A DNA stretch of 64,000 nucleotides from a bacterium (GCA_030615605.1 JAUWYY010000011.1:3037-67036), one strand, 5' to 3'; shown: positions 1-9,739, counted from the first letter of the stretch. Numbers and translations: made by a program. The notes: a model not told the origin generated them from the letters alone.

Positions 1-913
1 CCGTGCGCAGCGCAGTAGCGTTGCCGATAACCTCAGGAACGTCCTTCAGGTCCCAGACCATCGTTTGGTCCTCGCGCCGACGGGCTCGACCCAGGCTGAC
101 GTCGGCGGCGCTTTTCAGGATCTCATTGACCTGGACCCGTTCACCAGGTTCATAGGGATCTGATTGCGAGAAGCTGGAGATGCGTTCGACGGTGTGCACG
201 CTATCCCGCACCGATTGCAGTATCCCCTGTAGAGTGACGGTTACATCCTCAGCGGAGAGTTGCTCGCGCTCTCGGGCCTTTAGCAGCAGTATTTCAATCC
301 GCAGCAACATCGCAGATAGAAAGTTGTTCACGTCGTGGGCTACTTCTGCGGCGATTTCCCCAATGGCACTCAATCGCCCCACATTACCGAGCTGGTCTTC
401 TATGGAGTTGTGAGCCGAGGTCAATTGCTCCAGGAGACTGGCCTGGTCGCTGGCGTCGGGCTGACCGCCCAAGTCATCTAGCTGACCTGCCAGAGTATCG
501 CTGATCTGTTGTACCCGCTCCAGTACCGCCTGTTGGTCGGTTCGCCTGCGGCAACGCTGCAAGGCCCGCTCTACTATATCTCGGACGTCGCTGACAGCAA
601 ACGGCTTATTCAGGTAATCCAGTGCTCCCTGACGGACAGCTTCCTGGGCCGTCTCGACGGCAGCGTAAGCGGTGATTATGGCCACTTCGATGTCGGAGTC
701 GAATGCCTTGATGCGCCGCATCACTTCCACGCCATCCATCTCAGGCATTTTCATATCCAGGAAAACCAGGTCAGGCTTTTGCTGACGAATCATCTCCAGC
801 CCCTCGGGACCGCTCTTAGCACAGCGAATCTGGTGACTATTCTTAAGAATCATCCGCAAGGAATCGCGCGGTCCGGCTTCGTCATCAATTATCAATATAT
901 CTGCCTGCTCCAT
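1..913 (-). CDS. Hybrid response regulator / histidine kinase (REC + HisKA); 3' end lies beyond the left window edge
   Basis: This ORF is not in the supplied track because it has no in-window stop. Reverse-complement translation from ATG at 911-913 gives MEQADILIIDDEAGPRDSL...PDLVFLDMKMPEMDG...LNKPF (CheY-like REC with acceptor Asp), then an H-box EIAAEVAHDVNNFLSAM (His codon 335-337). Confidence 0.8.
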   Translation of the reverse strand, partial: MEQADILIIDDEAGPRDSLRMILKNSHQIRCAKSGPEGLEMIRQQKPDLVFLDMKMPEMDGVEVMRRIKAFDSDIEVAIITAYAAVETAQEAVRQGALDYLNKPFAVSDVRDIVERALQRCRRRTDQQAVLERVQQISDTLAGQLDDLGGQPDASDQASLLEQLTSAHNSIEDQLGNVGRLSAIGEIAAEVAHDVNNFLSAMLLRIEILLLKAREREQLSAEDVTVTLQGILQSVRDSVHTVERISSFSQSDPYEPGERVQVNEILKSAADVSLGRARRREDQTMVWDLKDVPEVIGNATALRT

Positions 914-925
914 CAGCGTCCATTC

Positions 926-2926
926 CTAGGAGGGCGTGATGCGGTGCATCGTAGCAGCCGGGAAGCTCACTTCTATCTGCAGTGCTCCGTTCTTGCATTC
1001 GGCCTGCACCTGGCCCTGTTGGTTCTGGATTATCTTGCGACTGATGGCGGGACCCAGATCAGCCTGCTCCGTTTGTAGAGCTGCCACCGGGTCAAAAATC
1101 TCGTCAAGGAACAGTTCGTCTTTTGCCCGGGTAGATCCTGATACGGTTATGACGACGTTTTCGCCGTCATCGGTCCCCGATGAGTTCGCCCGAATGTGCA
1201 GGGGAGAGCCTCCGGCATCGTACAGATAGCGCAACAGGTAGAACAGTGCCTGGCAGGTGGTCTGTGGGTCTACTACCACCCGGGGCAGCCCCTCAGCTAT
1301 CTGGATATTGATTAGCGCCTCGCTGATCTCTTCGGTCTGTTGCAGCTTTTCGACGGCCTGGCGTATCAGCGTCTCGATCTGAGTCAATTCAAAGTCAGGC
1401 TCCGGTTGCTGAATCACGCTGACCAACTCGCGAGCTAGCTCATCGAGGCGGTTAATCTCCGGGGTAACAGTATTCTTCCAGAATTCTGCCAGTGGCTGGC
1501 TATCCCCGGCATCCCCCATCAAGTCGGCATAGGTGCGAATTGCGGTTAGGGGTGTCCTGATCTCATGAACCAGACGGCCCACCAGACCGGTCAGCACTTT
1601 CAACCGTTCGCCGCGATGTCGCTCCTCGGCCAGGTCCACCTCCGCGGTCATATCCTCTATTGTCAGAACAGCACCAGTGGCATTGCCACTGTCGTCAACC
1701 AGTGGCGAGGTACTAACTCGTAGCGTTAGTTCTCCACCCCAAATGGTCACCTCTTCACTGGTGACTGTCTCGTCGGGGACCTGCAGGGCGGCATACAGGT
1801 AATCACCAAGTGGAGACGGTAGCACGCGCAGGTCTGATTCCTCTATCCGAGAGCGCTCCAGTCCCAATATCTCGGCGGCATAAGAATTACAGACACCGAT
1901 TCGTTCGTCGGCATTGAGGGTGATAACGCCGGCATTCATGTTCTGCAGAATCCGCTCGATATATGATTTGCTCATCTGCAACTGCTGACGCAGCTCGAAA
2001 TCTTGCAGGGCAAGAGTCGCGTAGCTGGAGAGCAGATAAAGTGTTTCTAGCTGCGAGGAGGAGTATGGTTGGCCCGTGACGCGCTCTCCCAAGATGAGCA
2101 GGCCTGATAGCTGGCCGCCTATCAATAGTGGGATGACCACCTCACCAGCAAAGAAGTCCATTTCGCGGCCCAGGGCGCTGGCAGTCTGTCTGTCAGTCCA
2201 GCCCGCCAATTTCGCACGCCTCAGCACGCGGCGATTGCGCTGATACCAACTGGGTAAGGCGTCTTTGATCAGTAGTCGCCCATTGGCTGCAATCTGCTGA
2301 TGCATCCCTTGACTGGTCCAAACCGCGTAGCAGTCTTCATCGTCGTCCTGCCACAGCAGGCAGTAGCTGCCAGGTCGCACGAACTCGACAACAGCTTTCA
2401 GGTAAGTCTGCAGCAGCCGCTCTCTATCAAAGTCACCGGCAAATCCGCTGAGGAGTTGCTCAAAGGCTTGACCGGCTGGGCGAGTATCCTGGCGTGTAGC
2501 TCCTTGCTCTTGCTCAGACTCGTGAACGTGGGGCGCGTCTGCTACCGATGAATGATAATGGCCAGTCAAACTGGCGTGGGCAAGAGCTTGGCGGAGAACG
2601 TCGGCAGTGTCGGCAGGAGTGCTATCGGTGCACAGCCAGATATCCGGGGAAAACAGGTTCTCGGTTCGTACTTGCTCGACAACATCCTCCGGCGCCAAGC
2701 AGACAAAAAACGCCTGCTCAGCCTGCTCACGGAGACTGCAGTAGTGTTCCAGGGCTGGCTCAGTGAGAGACTCCAGCCCAACCACTACCAGTTCCACGTC
2801 CGCTGCACGAAGAATATCCAGCGCCTCGTCACAGCCAGCGATCAGCACCGCTGCCTCATCGCGCAGGCAATCGGCGATCTGCTCTTCCCAGTGCTGACTC
2901 AAATTGGTCAACAGAGCGGCAATCAT
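926..2926 (-). CDS. Sensor kinase-like protein: pseudo-receiver, GAF, PAS, HisKA, degenerate HATPase_c
   Basis: 666-aa ORF. It has a PAS-like segment ERILQNMNAGVITLNADERIGVCNSYAAEILG and an H-box LVHEIRTPLTAIRTYADLM. The C-terminal ATPase region lacks recognisable N, G1 and G2 boxes (LLRYLYDA, VSGSTRAK, ADLGPAIS). The ATG overlaps the upstream stop as ATGA at 2923-2926. Confidence 0.8.
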   Translation of the reverse strand: MIAALLTNLSQHWEEQIADCLRDEAAVLIAGCDEALDILRAADVELVVVGLESLTEPALEHYCSLREQAEQAFFVCLAPEDVVEQVRTENLFSPDIWLCTDSTPADTADVLRQALAHASLTGHYHSSVADAPHVHESEQEQGATRQDTRPAGQAFEQLLSGFAGDFDRERLLQTYLKAVVEFVRPGSYCLLWQDDDEDCYAVWTSQGMHQQIAANGRLLIKDALPSWYQRNRRVLRRAKLAGWTDRQTASALGREMDFFAGEVVIPLLIGGQLSGLLILGERVTGQPYSSSQLETLYLLSSYATLALQDFELRQQLQMSKSYIERILQNMNAGVITLNADERIGVCNSYAAEILGLERSRIEESDLRVLPSPLGDYLYAALQVPDETVTSEEVTIWGGELTLRVSTSPLVDDSGNATGAVLTIEDMTAEVDLAEERHRGERLKVLTGLVGRLVHEIRTPLTAIRTYADLMGDAGDSQPLAEFWKNTVTPEINRLDELARELVSVIQQPEPDFELTQIETLIRQAVEKLQQTEEISEALINIQIAEGLPRVVVDPQTTCQALFYLLRYLYDAGGSPLHIRANSSGTDDGENVVITVSGSTRAKDELFLDEIFDPVAALQTEQADLGPAISRKIIQNQQGQVQAECKNGALQIEVSFPAATMHRITPS

Positions 2927-5433
2927 TGTGTCGCGCGGCCATCCTCACCCCTTGAAGTTGCCATCAGCGGGAGTTCGATGATAAATTCGGTTCCGGTATC
3001 AGGCCGCGAATGGACCTCCAGCGTTCCATCATGCTCTTCAATGATTGTCTGGCAGATTGCCAGACCCAGTCCGGTGCCCTCGGCCCTATCAGTATAGAAG
3101 GGTTTGAAGATTTTGTCAACTTTTTCGGGAGGAATGTAACTTCCTGGGTTTGACACCCGCACCAGTACGCGCTGGTTGCCGTCACCAGCGTTGCTCTGTT
3201 CCGTGGTTATCTGTACCGTGCCACCTTGTGGCTCCGCCTCCAGTGCGTTGTTGACCAGATTTACAATGGCCTGGTGCACTCGCCTTTCGTCACCAAACGG
3301 GGCGGCGGAGAGATCAGCCAGGTTGGCAGTTAGTGAAATCTCTTTGGCTTCAGCTTGAGCAGAGGCCGAGCGGACTACCGACTGGCAAACCTTACTTACC
3401 TCAATTACTTCGTTGATGGCGGTAGGTGGTGTCGAGAGGCTCAGAAGTTGCCCGACCAGTTGGTCAATCTGTTCAATCTCGGCGGTCGCGGTCGCCATGA
3501 ATGTAGAGCGGAACTCCTCGTCATCCAGTCGCGTTGGCAGTAGCTCAGCGAAGGTGCGGATGGCCACCAGCGGATTACGAATCTCATGGGCCATGCCTGC
3601 GGTCAAAACCCGCATCAGCTCCAGCCGCTCGGCTCTCTGTCGCTCGTCTTCCAACTGTTGGATCACGGTTAGATCGTTTATGACGGCAACTGCTCCGCCC
3701 TGCTGACCGGCAGCGCTGGTCAAAATCGAAGTGCTACAGGCGATCGGGATAGAGTTCTGCCCGGGCCGGGGCAGGTCGATTCGATCCCCGGAACGGGTCC
3801 GCTTGTACTCCACCGCTGTCCGCAGGCAGCGGGCAATGCCGGTGGGAAGCACTTCCAGGCGCTGGCCTATCACCTGTTCTTGGCTCCTCCCCACCATCCG
3901 TTCCGCGGCTCGATTGTACAGGAAGATGCGTCCGTCGCCGTCCGCTGCGATTACTCCGCTCTCCATCTCACGCAGAATCGCTTCAATATATTCTTTGGTA
4001 CTGGTCACTTCTGCATAGAGGTTAGCATTCTGCAAGGCCAGCGAGATCAACGGGATCATGCCCCGTAATTGTTCAATTTGCTCGTGCTGGTACATTTCCC
4101 CCGCCCTATTTGGCCCTACCACTATTAGACCGATCAGTTCATCTTCCCAGCGCAGCGGGGCCACCATCTGGGCGCCGAGTTGGTCTAGGGCCTTGGCCAG
4201 AGGCCCAGCCACCTCAAGGTTACGGAACCGGAATATTTCGTCGCGGTTGATCACACCCGAGGAGCTAGCGGCGGCTCTGACGACCATGTGGCGCTGAGGC
4301 AGGAAGTCATTACTTGGTGGTAGGCCTCGAGCGTCGTGGCCTGATCTGCCAACTCGGCACGGGTAATCCTGCGTGTCCTCATCCCGCAGGAAGATCGAGA
4401 CTCGATCCGGTTGCAACATCTCAAATATGGCATCGGTCGACTGCTGCAACAGATCATCAATATCGAGGGTGTGAAGAATAGCTTCGGTGCTCAGTTCAAG
4501 AGCCTCTGGCGCATCTGCTGCTCCTGAAGTGGAACGGCCGATCATGTCAGAGACGTAGGTGTGCAGGGGATAAATGACGAAGCCCATGAACAGACCGACA
4601 AGCATATAGGTTAGAACTATATATCGAGACTGAGTTCCCATGAAGAATTCGGAAAGTGTCAGTATGATAAAGGCGACAGACAAAATCGGGATGATGACAA
4701 ACGACAAAGCAACAAGACGGCGCAGCGCGACCCTGGGCCCAACGATGTGCTCCTTGCCCAGAGCATAAGCCATCGCCAGGATAGTAAATATGTAGCCGGC
4801 CGAGCCCCAACGCGTGTAGACGCCATTCCCCCACACTACTGGCAGCAGTACCATGGTCACAATCGCTATCGCCTGGCTGCTGAGCAGTCCACCTAACACG
4901 TACATCACCTGGACCCTCTGCACCCCAGTCAGGCGACGAAACTTGCTATACATCACGTAGTCGGCATAGCCCAACATTACCACAGTGAATACGCCAAAGG
5001 CAGTATATGGAGGGCCGTAAGCAAGTATGACGGTTCCGTGAGCAAAGGCCAGCGAGACAAACAAGCCTGGAGTGAGAGCAACCAAGCTAAATACCAGGCC
5101 GGCGGCGTACAGAATTGCTCGCTGCGGCCAGGGTGGGGGGCTAATCTGCTCGGGGAAGACCCAGGCGAAGTCAACGCATGTACATATTACCAGGGAGACG
5201 ACCGGCAAGGCTATCCGCAGCCAAAAAGCTGTGTCTGCCTCAATCTGCGCGGATGCTGCCGACTGAATCAGATAATTGAGGAATACCCATGTGCCGACGG
5301 CCATCGCGTGGACGGCATACAGCCGATTCCAGACACGGTCCAGGGCCCGGCGGTATACTACAATCGCCAGCCAAAATGAGGCGAAAGACATCACCAGCAG
5401 AGCGATGCGGTCAATGGGTACTGTGGGCATCAC
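2923..5433 (-). CDS. Membrane sensor histidine kinase (N-terminal multi-TM sensor, GAF, PAS, HisKA, HATPase_c)
   Basis: 836-aa ORF. The N-terminal ~290 aa are hydrophobic and polytopic (7TM-type HK sensor look). It has the H-box MAHEIRNPLVAIRTFAELL, N-box NLVNNALEA, F-box IFKPFYT and G2 GTGLGLAI. Confidence 0.85.
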   Translation of the reverse strand: MMPTVPIDRIALLVMSFASFWLAIVVYRRALDRVWNRLYAVHAMAVGTWVFLNYLIQSAASAQIEADTAFWLRIALPVVSLVICTCVDFAWVFPEQISPPPWPQRAILYAAGLVFSLVALTPGLFVSLAFAHGTVILAYGPPYTAFGVFTVVMLGYADYVMYSKFRRLTGVQRVQVMYVLGGLLSSQAIAIVTMVLLPVVWGNGVYTRWGSAGYIFTILAMAYALGKEHIVGPRVALRRLVALSFVIIPILSVAFIILTLSEFFMGTQSRYIVLTYMLVGLFMGFVIYPLHTYVSDMIGRSTSGAADAPEALELSTEAILHTLDIDDLLQQSTDAIFEMLQPDRVSIFLRDEDTQDYPCRVGRSGHDARGLPPSNDFLPQRHMVVRAAASSSGVINRDEIFRFRNLEVAGPLAKALDQLGAQMVAPLRWEDELIGLIVVGPNRAGEMYQHEQIEQLRGMIPLISLALQNANLYAEVTSTKEYIEAILREMESGVIAADGDGRIFLYNRAAERMVGRSQEQVIGQRLEVLPTGIARCLRTAVEYKRTRSGDRIDLPRPGQNSIPIACSTSILTSAAGQQGGAVAVINDLTVIQQLEDERQRAERLELMRVLTAGMAHEIRNPLVAIRTFAELLPTRLDDEEFRSTFMATATAEIEQIDQLVGQLLSLSTPPTAINEVIEVSKVCQSVVRSASAQAEAKEISLTANLADLSAAPFGDERRVHQAIVNLVNNALEAEPQGGTVQITTEQSNAGDGNQRVLVRVSNPGSYIPPEKVDKIFKPFYTDRAEGTGLGLAICQTIIEEHDGTLEVHSRPDTGTEFIIELPLMATSRGEDGRATQ

Positions 5434-5436
5434 TGA

Positions 5437-6714
5437 TTACCCCCGAGCACCGTTGAAGCGACGAACAATCAGGCTGCCGTGAGTGCCGCCAAAACTGTGC
5501 GAGTCAAGCATAATACCGTTCACTCGGGCCTGGCGGGCTTGGTTGGGAACGTAGTCCAGGTCGCATTCGGGGTCGGGCACCCGGTAGTTAATGGTAGGTG
5601 GCACTACGCCGGTGGCCAGGGTCATACACGAACTTACCAACTGCCAGGCAGCCCCAGCCCCAAATGACTGACCTGTGGTAGATTTGATCGAACTTACCGG
5701 GATGCTGTAGGCTCGCCGCCCTAGAACCATCTTCAGGGCTTGGGTCTCGGCAAGATCGTATTCCCGGTTGCCGATACCGTGAGCGCAAACATAGTCAATC
5801 CCTTGGCTATTGACTTTACTGGACCGCAGTGCTGTCCGAAAGGCGTGAGCTAGCTCCTTGCCGCTGGGATCGGCAATCACAAGGTGGTGAGCTTCGGTGG
5901 CGGAACTGTAGCCGCAGACTTCGGCATATATCGGCGCATCTCGCTCAATGGCACGCTCGGCCGTCTCCATAACTACCGCCCCGGCCCCTTCGCTGAGTAC
6001 GAGCCCGTCACGGGTGTAATCAAAGGGGCGAGAGGCGGTAGCTGGCCGTTCATTGTGTCGTGTCAGTACACCCAGTTTGCAAAGCAGGCTCATCCCGATG
6101 ATGCTTATGCACGCCTCAGTCCCCCCAGCGACCATTATTTGGGCCTGACCAGAGCGCAGTATGTTGGCTGCAGTGTTGACCGCATCGAGACTGGCCACGC
6201 AGCCCGCCGATACGGTGCTGTTGGGGCCCTTGAAGCCTAACTGGATAAATACATGACTGGTGGCAGCGTGAGCGGCCAATTGCGTGCCGCTGGTCACCTC
6301 TATGCAGCGAGGGCCTGCAGTGGCGAACTGCTTATACAGCTCGTCAGCAACGTTGCCGTTACCGGCCAGACTGGTGCCAAAGATAGCACCGGCCTGGTAG
6401 GGATCGAAGCCATCATTGAGGTCCAGGCCAGCATCGGCTACTGCCAGGCGGGCGGCTGCCACCGCAAAATGGCTGAAGCGACCCGCCCGCTTGGCTTCTT
6501 TAGCGTCCATGTACTGGGTGGGATCAAAATCGTGGACCTGTCCGGCGATGCGACAGTACATATCCGAAGTGTCAAAACCCTTGATCCAGTCTATACCGGA
6601 ACGCCCCTGCACAACCGCGTCCCAGAAGGCGTCCTTGCCGATGCCGACGGGGCTGACCACGCCCAAGCCAGTTATCACAACCCTCTGGCGAAGGTTGTTC
6701 GAAGACCAACTCAT
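5437..6714 (-). CDS. Beta-ketoacyl-[ACP] synthase I/II family protein (FabF-like)
   Basis: The N-terminus RVVITGLGVVSPVGIGKDAFW is KAS-typical. The active-site Cys context is STVSAGCVASLDA, the His contexts are EAHHLV and VCAHGIGN, and the tail reads SSIKSTTGQ...SFGGTHGSLIV. I prefer the ATG at 6712-6714 over the GTG at 6741 used by the track. Confidence 0.85.
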   Translation of the reverse strand: MSWSSNNLRQRVVITGLGVVSPVGIGKDAFWDAVVQGRSGIDWIKGFDTSDMYCRIAGQVHDFDPTQYMDAKEAKRAGRFSHFAVAAARLAVADAGLDLNDGFDPYQAGAIFGTSLAGNGNVADELYKQFATAGPRCIEVTSGTQLAAHAATSHVFIQLGFKGPNSTVSAGCVASLDAVNTAANILRSGQAQIMVAGGTEACISIIGMSLLCKLGVLTRHNERPATASRPFDYTRDGLVLSEGAGAVVMETAERAIERDAPIYAEVCGYSSATEAHHLVIADPSGKELAHAFRTALRSSKVNSQGIDYVCAHGIGNREYDLAETQALKMVLGRRAYSIPVSSIKSTTGQSFGAGAAWQLVSSCMTLATGVVPPTINYRVPDPECDLDYVPNQARQARVNGIMLDSHSFGGTHGSLIVRRFNGARG

Positions 6715-6786
6715 CGCTTGCCTGCTTTCTCTCAACAGCACTCAGGGCAGCGGACCATCCCCACTGTCACGAATCGGGGAATCAGG

Positions 6787-7788
6787 CTACCACTGCCGGC
6801 GGACCTCGAACTGGTGGGTATCCGAACCGCCCAGGCTGGCTCCCACCATATCATCGTTCCAGTCATCAATGAACGCATACTGGGCTGACCATCCGTCTCT
6901 GGCCCAACCAGCTCCCAAAGACAGAGCGCCGTCGTTCCAGCCGCCGCGGGCTGTCCACGCCTCGTTCAGCGCCACCTCTGCCCCGAAGCGGAAGCCGGAG
7001 TCGCCCATTTTTACACTCACGCCTTCGGTGGTCAACTGCTGCCACTCGATGGCGGCCAGCACCTGCTCCGAGACCTGTCGGGAGACGCCAATGGCAATCT
7101 CCTCAGAATCAAATCCCGCAGAGCCGGCAGGTAGCATAGTACCCGACCAGCTTACATCTTCGTCATAGGTGTCGTAGATAAAACCCAACTGGCTCAGTTC
7201 GTCAACCTCATACAGGGCGCCGATGCGAAAGCCAAAGTCCACGTCACTCTTCAGGCGCTCGCCGAGCGGCGGGCCGGGGACGAAGTAGTTGGCTTCGGTG
7301 TCGAACAACGGGGACAACCCCAGACCCAGCATCCAGCGCTCGCCGATCCGTTGGCCATAATGCACGGCCAGGTCCTGCTCTTCGTAGGTCGCCAGCGCCG
7401 TCGCACCACCCGCGCTCACCCACCCCTGGTTGCTGTCCAGATCGAAGTAGGTTACCTGCCAGCCGCTCCGGCCGGGTCGCAGGGGCTGGGCATAGGAGAC
7501 CTGCATCCCCTTCATCTTCAGGCCACCGTCAAAGTCGGTGGCCGAATATCGGGCCAGGCTCTGGTGGCTCGTTACTGTCGCGGCATAAGCGGGGTTGCCA
7601 AAACCAACATCCTTGATGCAGGTCACAAATCCGCCCATACCGAATAATCTGGTGGTAGTAGCAGTAGGCAGGGCGAACAGGTGCGGGGTGGCATAGGAGG
7701 CAATGAACTCAGCCTGGGGAAAAGTGGGGCTGGCGGCGACCAAGAGGGCAAGGGTCGCCAATACGATTACGTGCAGTCTTGACTGCAT
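6787..7788 (-). CDS. Outer-membrane beta-barrel protein (FadL/PorV-like look), secreted
   Basis: The internal ATG at 7786-7788 is preceded by AAGGAGAG and gives a signal peptide MQSRLHVIVLATLALLVAASPTFPQAEF. The sequence has alternating amphipathic beta-strand character, a GNPAYAA motif near the N-terminus, and a C-terminus ...FEVRRQW ending in an aromatic residue. Confidence 0.55.
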   Translation of the reverse strand: MQSRLHVIVLATLALLVAASPTFPQAEFIASYATPHLFALPTATTTRLFGMGGFVTCIKDVGFGNPAYAATVTSHQSLARYSATDFDGGLKMKGMQVSYAQPLRPGRSGWQVTYFDLDSNQGWVSAGGATALATYEEQDLAVHYGQRIGERWMLGLGLSPLFDTEANYFVPGPPLGERLKSDVDFGFRIGALYEVDELSQLGFIYDTYDEDVSWSGTMLPAGSAGFDSEEIAIGVSRQVSEQVLAAIEWQQLTTEGVSVKMGDSGFRFGAEVALNEAWTARGGWNDGALSLGAGWARDGWSAQYAFIDDWNDDMVGASLGGSDTHQFEVRRQW

Positions 7789-8182
7789 AGCTGCTCTCTC
7801 CTTCTCTGCGAGTCTTTGTGTAGTTGATGCTGTGTGTAGCCGCACAGCGGATTGGAATCCGCGTGCTGACTGTCTAGCCCAACTTGCTGAATCTTTAATG
7901 AACTTCGACGAATGGTGCGATCTCTGGTTCAAATGAGCGGGCAGCCGAGTTTTTGTGCTGCTTTCGTGAAGTATTATAATGAATAATGCCTACAAACGCA
8001 ACCCCAGCCCCTTCTGGATGTGCAAAACCAGGCTGGCCAGCCATTGTAATTAGCCTGCTGGGGGTAGACCAGTTGGGAGGTTTGCCGCCCCATTTCGAGA
8101 AGACTACTGGCACCAACGCGGCCCAGGGTAAGGCGCAGCGTGCCGCGCAGTCGTGAATATCTGTCCAGTTAGAGGCAGTGAG

Positions 8183-9739
8183 ATGATCCGAAAGGAAACA
8201 AAGCCGGAGAGCCTTGCCGAATTCGCCACCGATGAAAGTGGCATTGTGCAGGCCCGCGATGTCGAGGCCGTCTGCTTTCCCGAATCAGAGCAGGAAATCT
8301 GTGAGCTGTTCGCAGAGGCCAACGAAACCAGCACCCTGGTTACCACTTCGGGCGCGGGCACTGGCCTCAATGGCGGCCGGGTGGCTATCCACGGTGGGCT
8401 GGTCCTGGCCACGCAAGAGCTGCGTGCTCCCCAGCCCCGTGAGCTGCCCGCCATCGAGGCGGAACAGTTCGGAAAGCAGTATGTCATATACCTTGATCAG
8501 GAACGCCTGGAGGCCCACGTACCGGCTGGGGTCTCCACTGAGCTGCTGGATCAGATGCTGCCCGAGGGATTGCTTTACCCGCCTGATCCCACCGAAAAGT
8601 CCGGCTTCATCGGCGCTAACATCGCCTGCAACGCCTCGGGATCGCGCACCTTTCACTATGGCGCCAGCCGCCACTGGGTGCTGGGCTTGCGGGTTGTGTT
8701 GCCCACCGGTGATATTATTGATATAAGTCGCGGCGATTGCACTGCCGACAGCGAGCTGCGCTTTGCCAGCCAGTCGGGGAGGGAATACGCCATCCCCCTG
8801 CCCTCCTACCAGATGCCCGCGGGCAAGAACGCCGCCGGCCTCTATGCCCGCCCCGGTATGGATCTGGTGGATCTGTTCGTCGGCAGCGAGGGCATTTTGG
8901 GTGTAATCAGCGAGGTCCGCCTGAAGCTCACCGAGCGGCCCGATAACATACTTGGCGAAATTGCCTTCTTCCCCAGCGAGGCTGAGGCTCTGGGATTCAT
9001 TGACGATCTGCGCACGGCTGCCGCCGGGGCTATGACTGTCCTGTCCATTGAGTACTTCGACAGCAACTCGCTGGGTTTTATGGAGCATGAGGTGCTGGCG
9101 GGTAAAGACTACGGAGCGGCTGTCTACACCGAGGTAGTGGGCACACTAGATGAGCTTGACCCACTCATAGCGGCGCTGGACGCCAACAACTATGCTGCGG
9201 ACTGGTTCGCTGAGGGTGGCGAAGAAGCCGCCGAGCAAAAAGGGTTTCGCCATTCGCTCCCTGATGAGGTGCACAGCTACCTGCGCCGCCACAATAGCCA
9301 GGCCTGGACCACTGACTTTGCCGTCCCGGCTGAGAAGTTTCCCGAGATGCTCCAGGCTTATCACGCAGCGGGTGTGGCCCTGCGGGAGAAATTCCCCCGG
9401 GAAGGTAAGCATTATCTGGTGTTTGGCCACATCGGTGATTATCACCTGCATGTTGAGTTTATCGCTCACACTGAAGACGAACTACGCCTCGCCAGGCAGC
9501 TTTACGCCGATCTAGCCCGGCAGGCCATCGCCTGGGGCGGAACGGTGAGCGCTGAGCACGGTGTAGGCAAAAAGACGCTGACTGTAAATGGCCGGACTAT
9601 CCCCTACCTGGAATTGATGTACGGTAAGCAGGCCGTGATGGAGATTGCCCGCGCCAAGCAGGTGCTGGATCCCAATCTGATACTCAACGTCGGGAATATG
9701 GTGCCGAAGCAGTATCTCCAGGAAATGGCAGCAAACTAA
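8183..9739 (+). CDS. FAD-linked oxidase / GlcD-type dehydrogenase
   Basis: It has an FAD-binding type-4 pattern (VTTSGAGTGLNGG; LYPPDPTEKSGFIGANIACNASG; GSEGILGVISEVRLKL) and a C-terminal GGTVSAEHGVGKKT. I prefer the ATG at 8183 over the GTG at 8153. Confidence 0.8.
   Translation: MIRKETKPESLAEFATDESGIVQARDVEAVCFPESEQEICELFAEANETSTLVTTSGAGTGLNGGRVAIHGGLVLATQELRAPQPRELPAIEAEQFGKQYVIYLDQERLEAHVPAGVSTELLDQMLPEGLLYPPDPTEKSGFIGANIACNASGSRTFHYGASRHWVLGLRVVLPTGDIIDISRGDCTADSELRFASQSGREYAIPLPSYQMPAGKNAAGLYARPGMDLVDLFVGSEGILGVISEVRLKLTERPDNILGEIAFFPSEAEALGFIDDLRTAAAGAMTVLSIEYFDSNSLGFMEHEVLAGKDYGAAVYTEVVGTLDELDPLIAALDANNYAADWFAEGGEEAAEQKGFRHSLPDEVHSYLRRHNSQAWTTDFAVPAEKFPEMLQAYHAAGVALREKFPREGKHYLVFGHIGDYHLHVEFIAHTEDELRLARQLYADLARQAIAWGGTVSAEHGVGKKTLTVNGRTIPYLELMYGKQAVMEIARAKQVLDPNLILNVGNMVPKQYLQEMAAN

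Noticed and set aside
7789-7932. The track ORF for the outer-membrane protein carries a 48-codon N-terminal extension.
   Set aside because: The extension is hydrophilic and has no signal peptide. The internal ATG at 7788 has a strong AAGGAGAG Shine-Dalgarno sequence and begins a textbook signal peptide.
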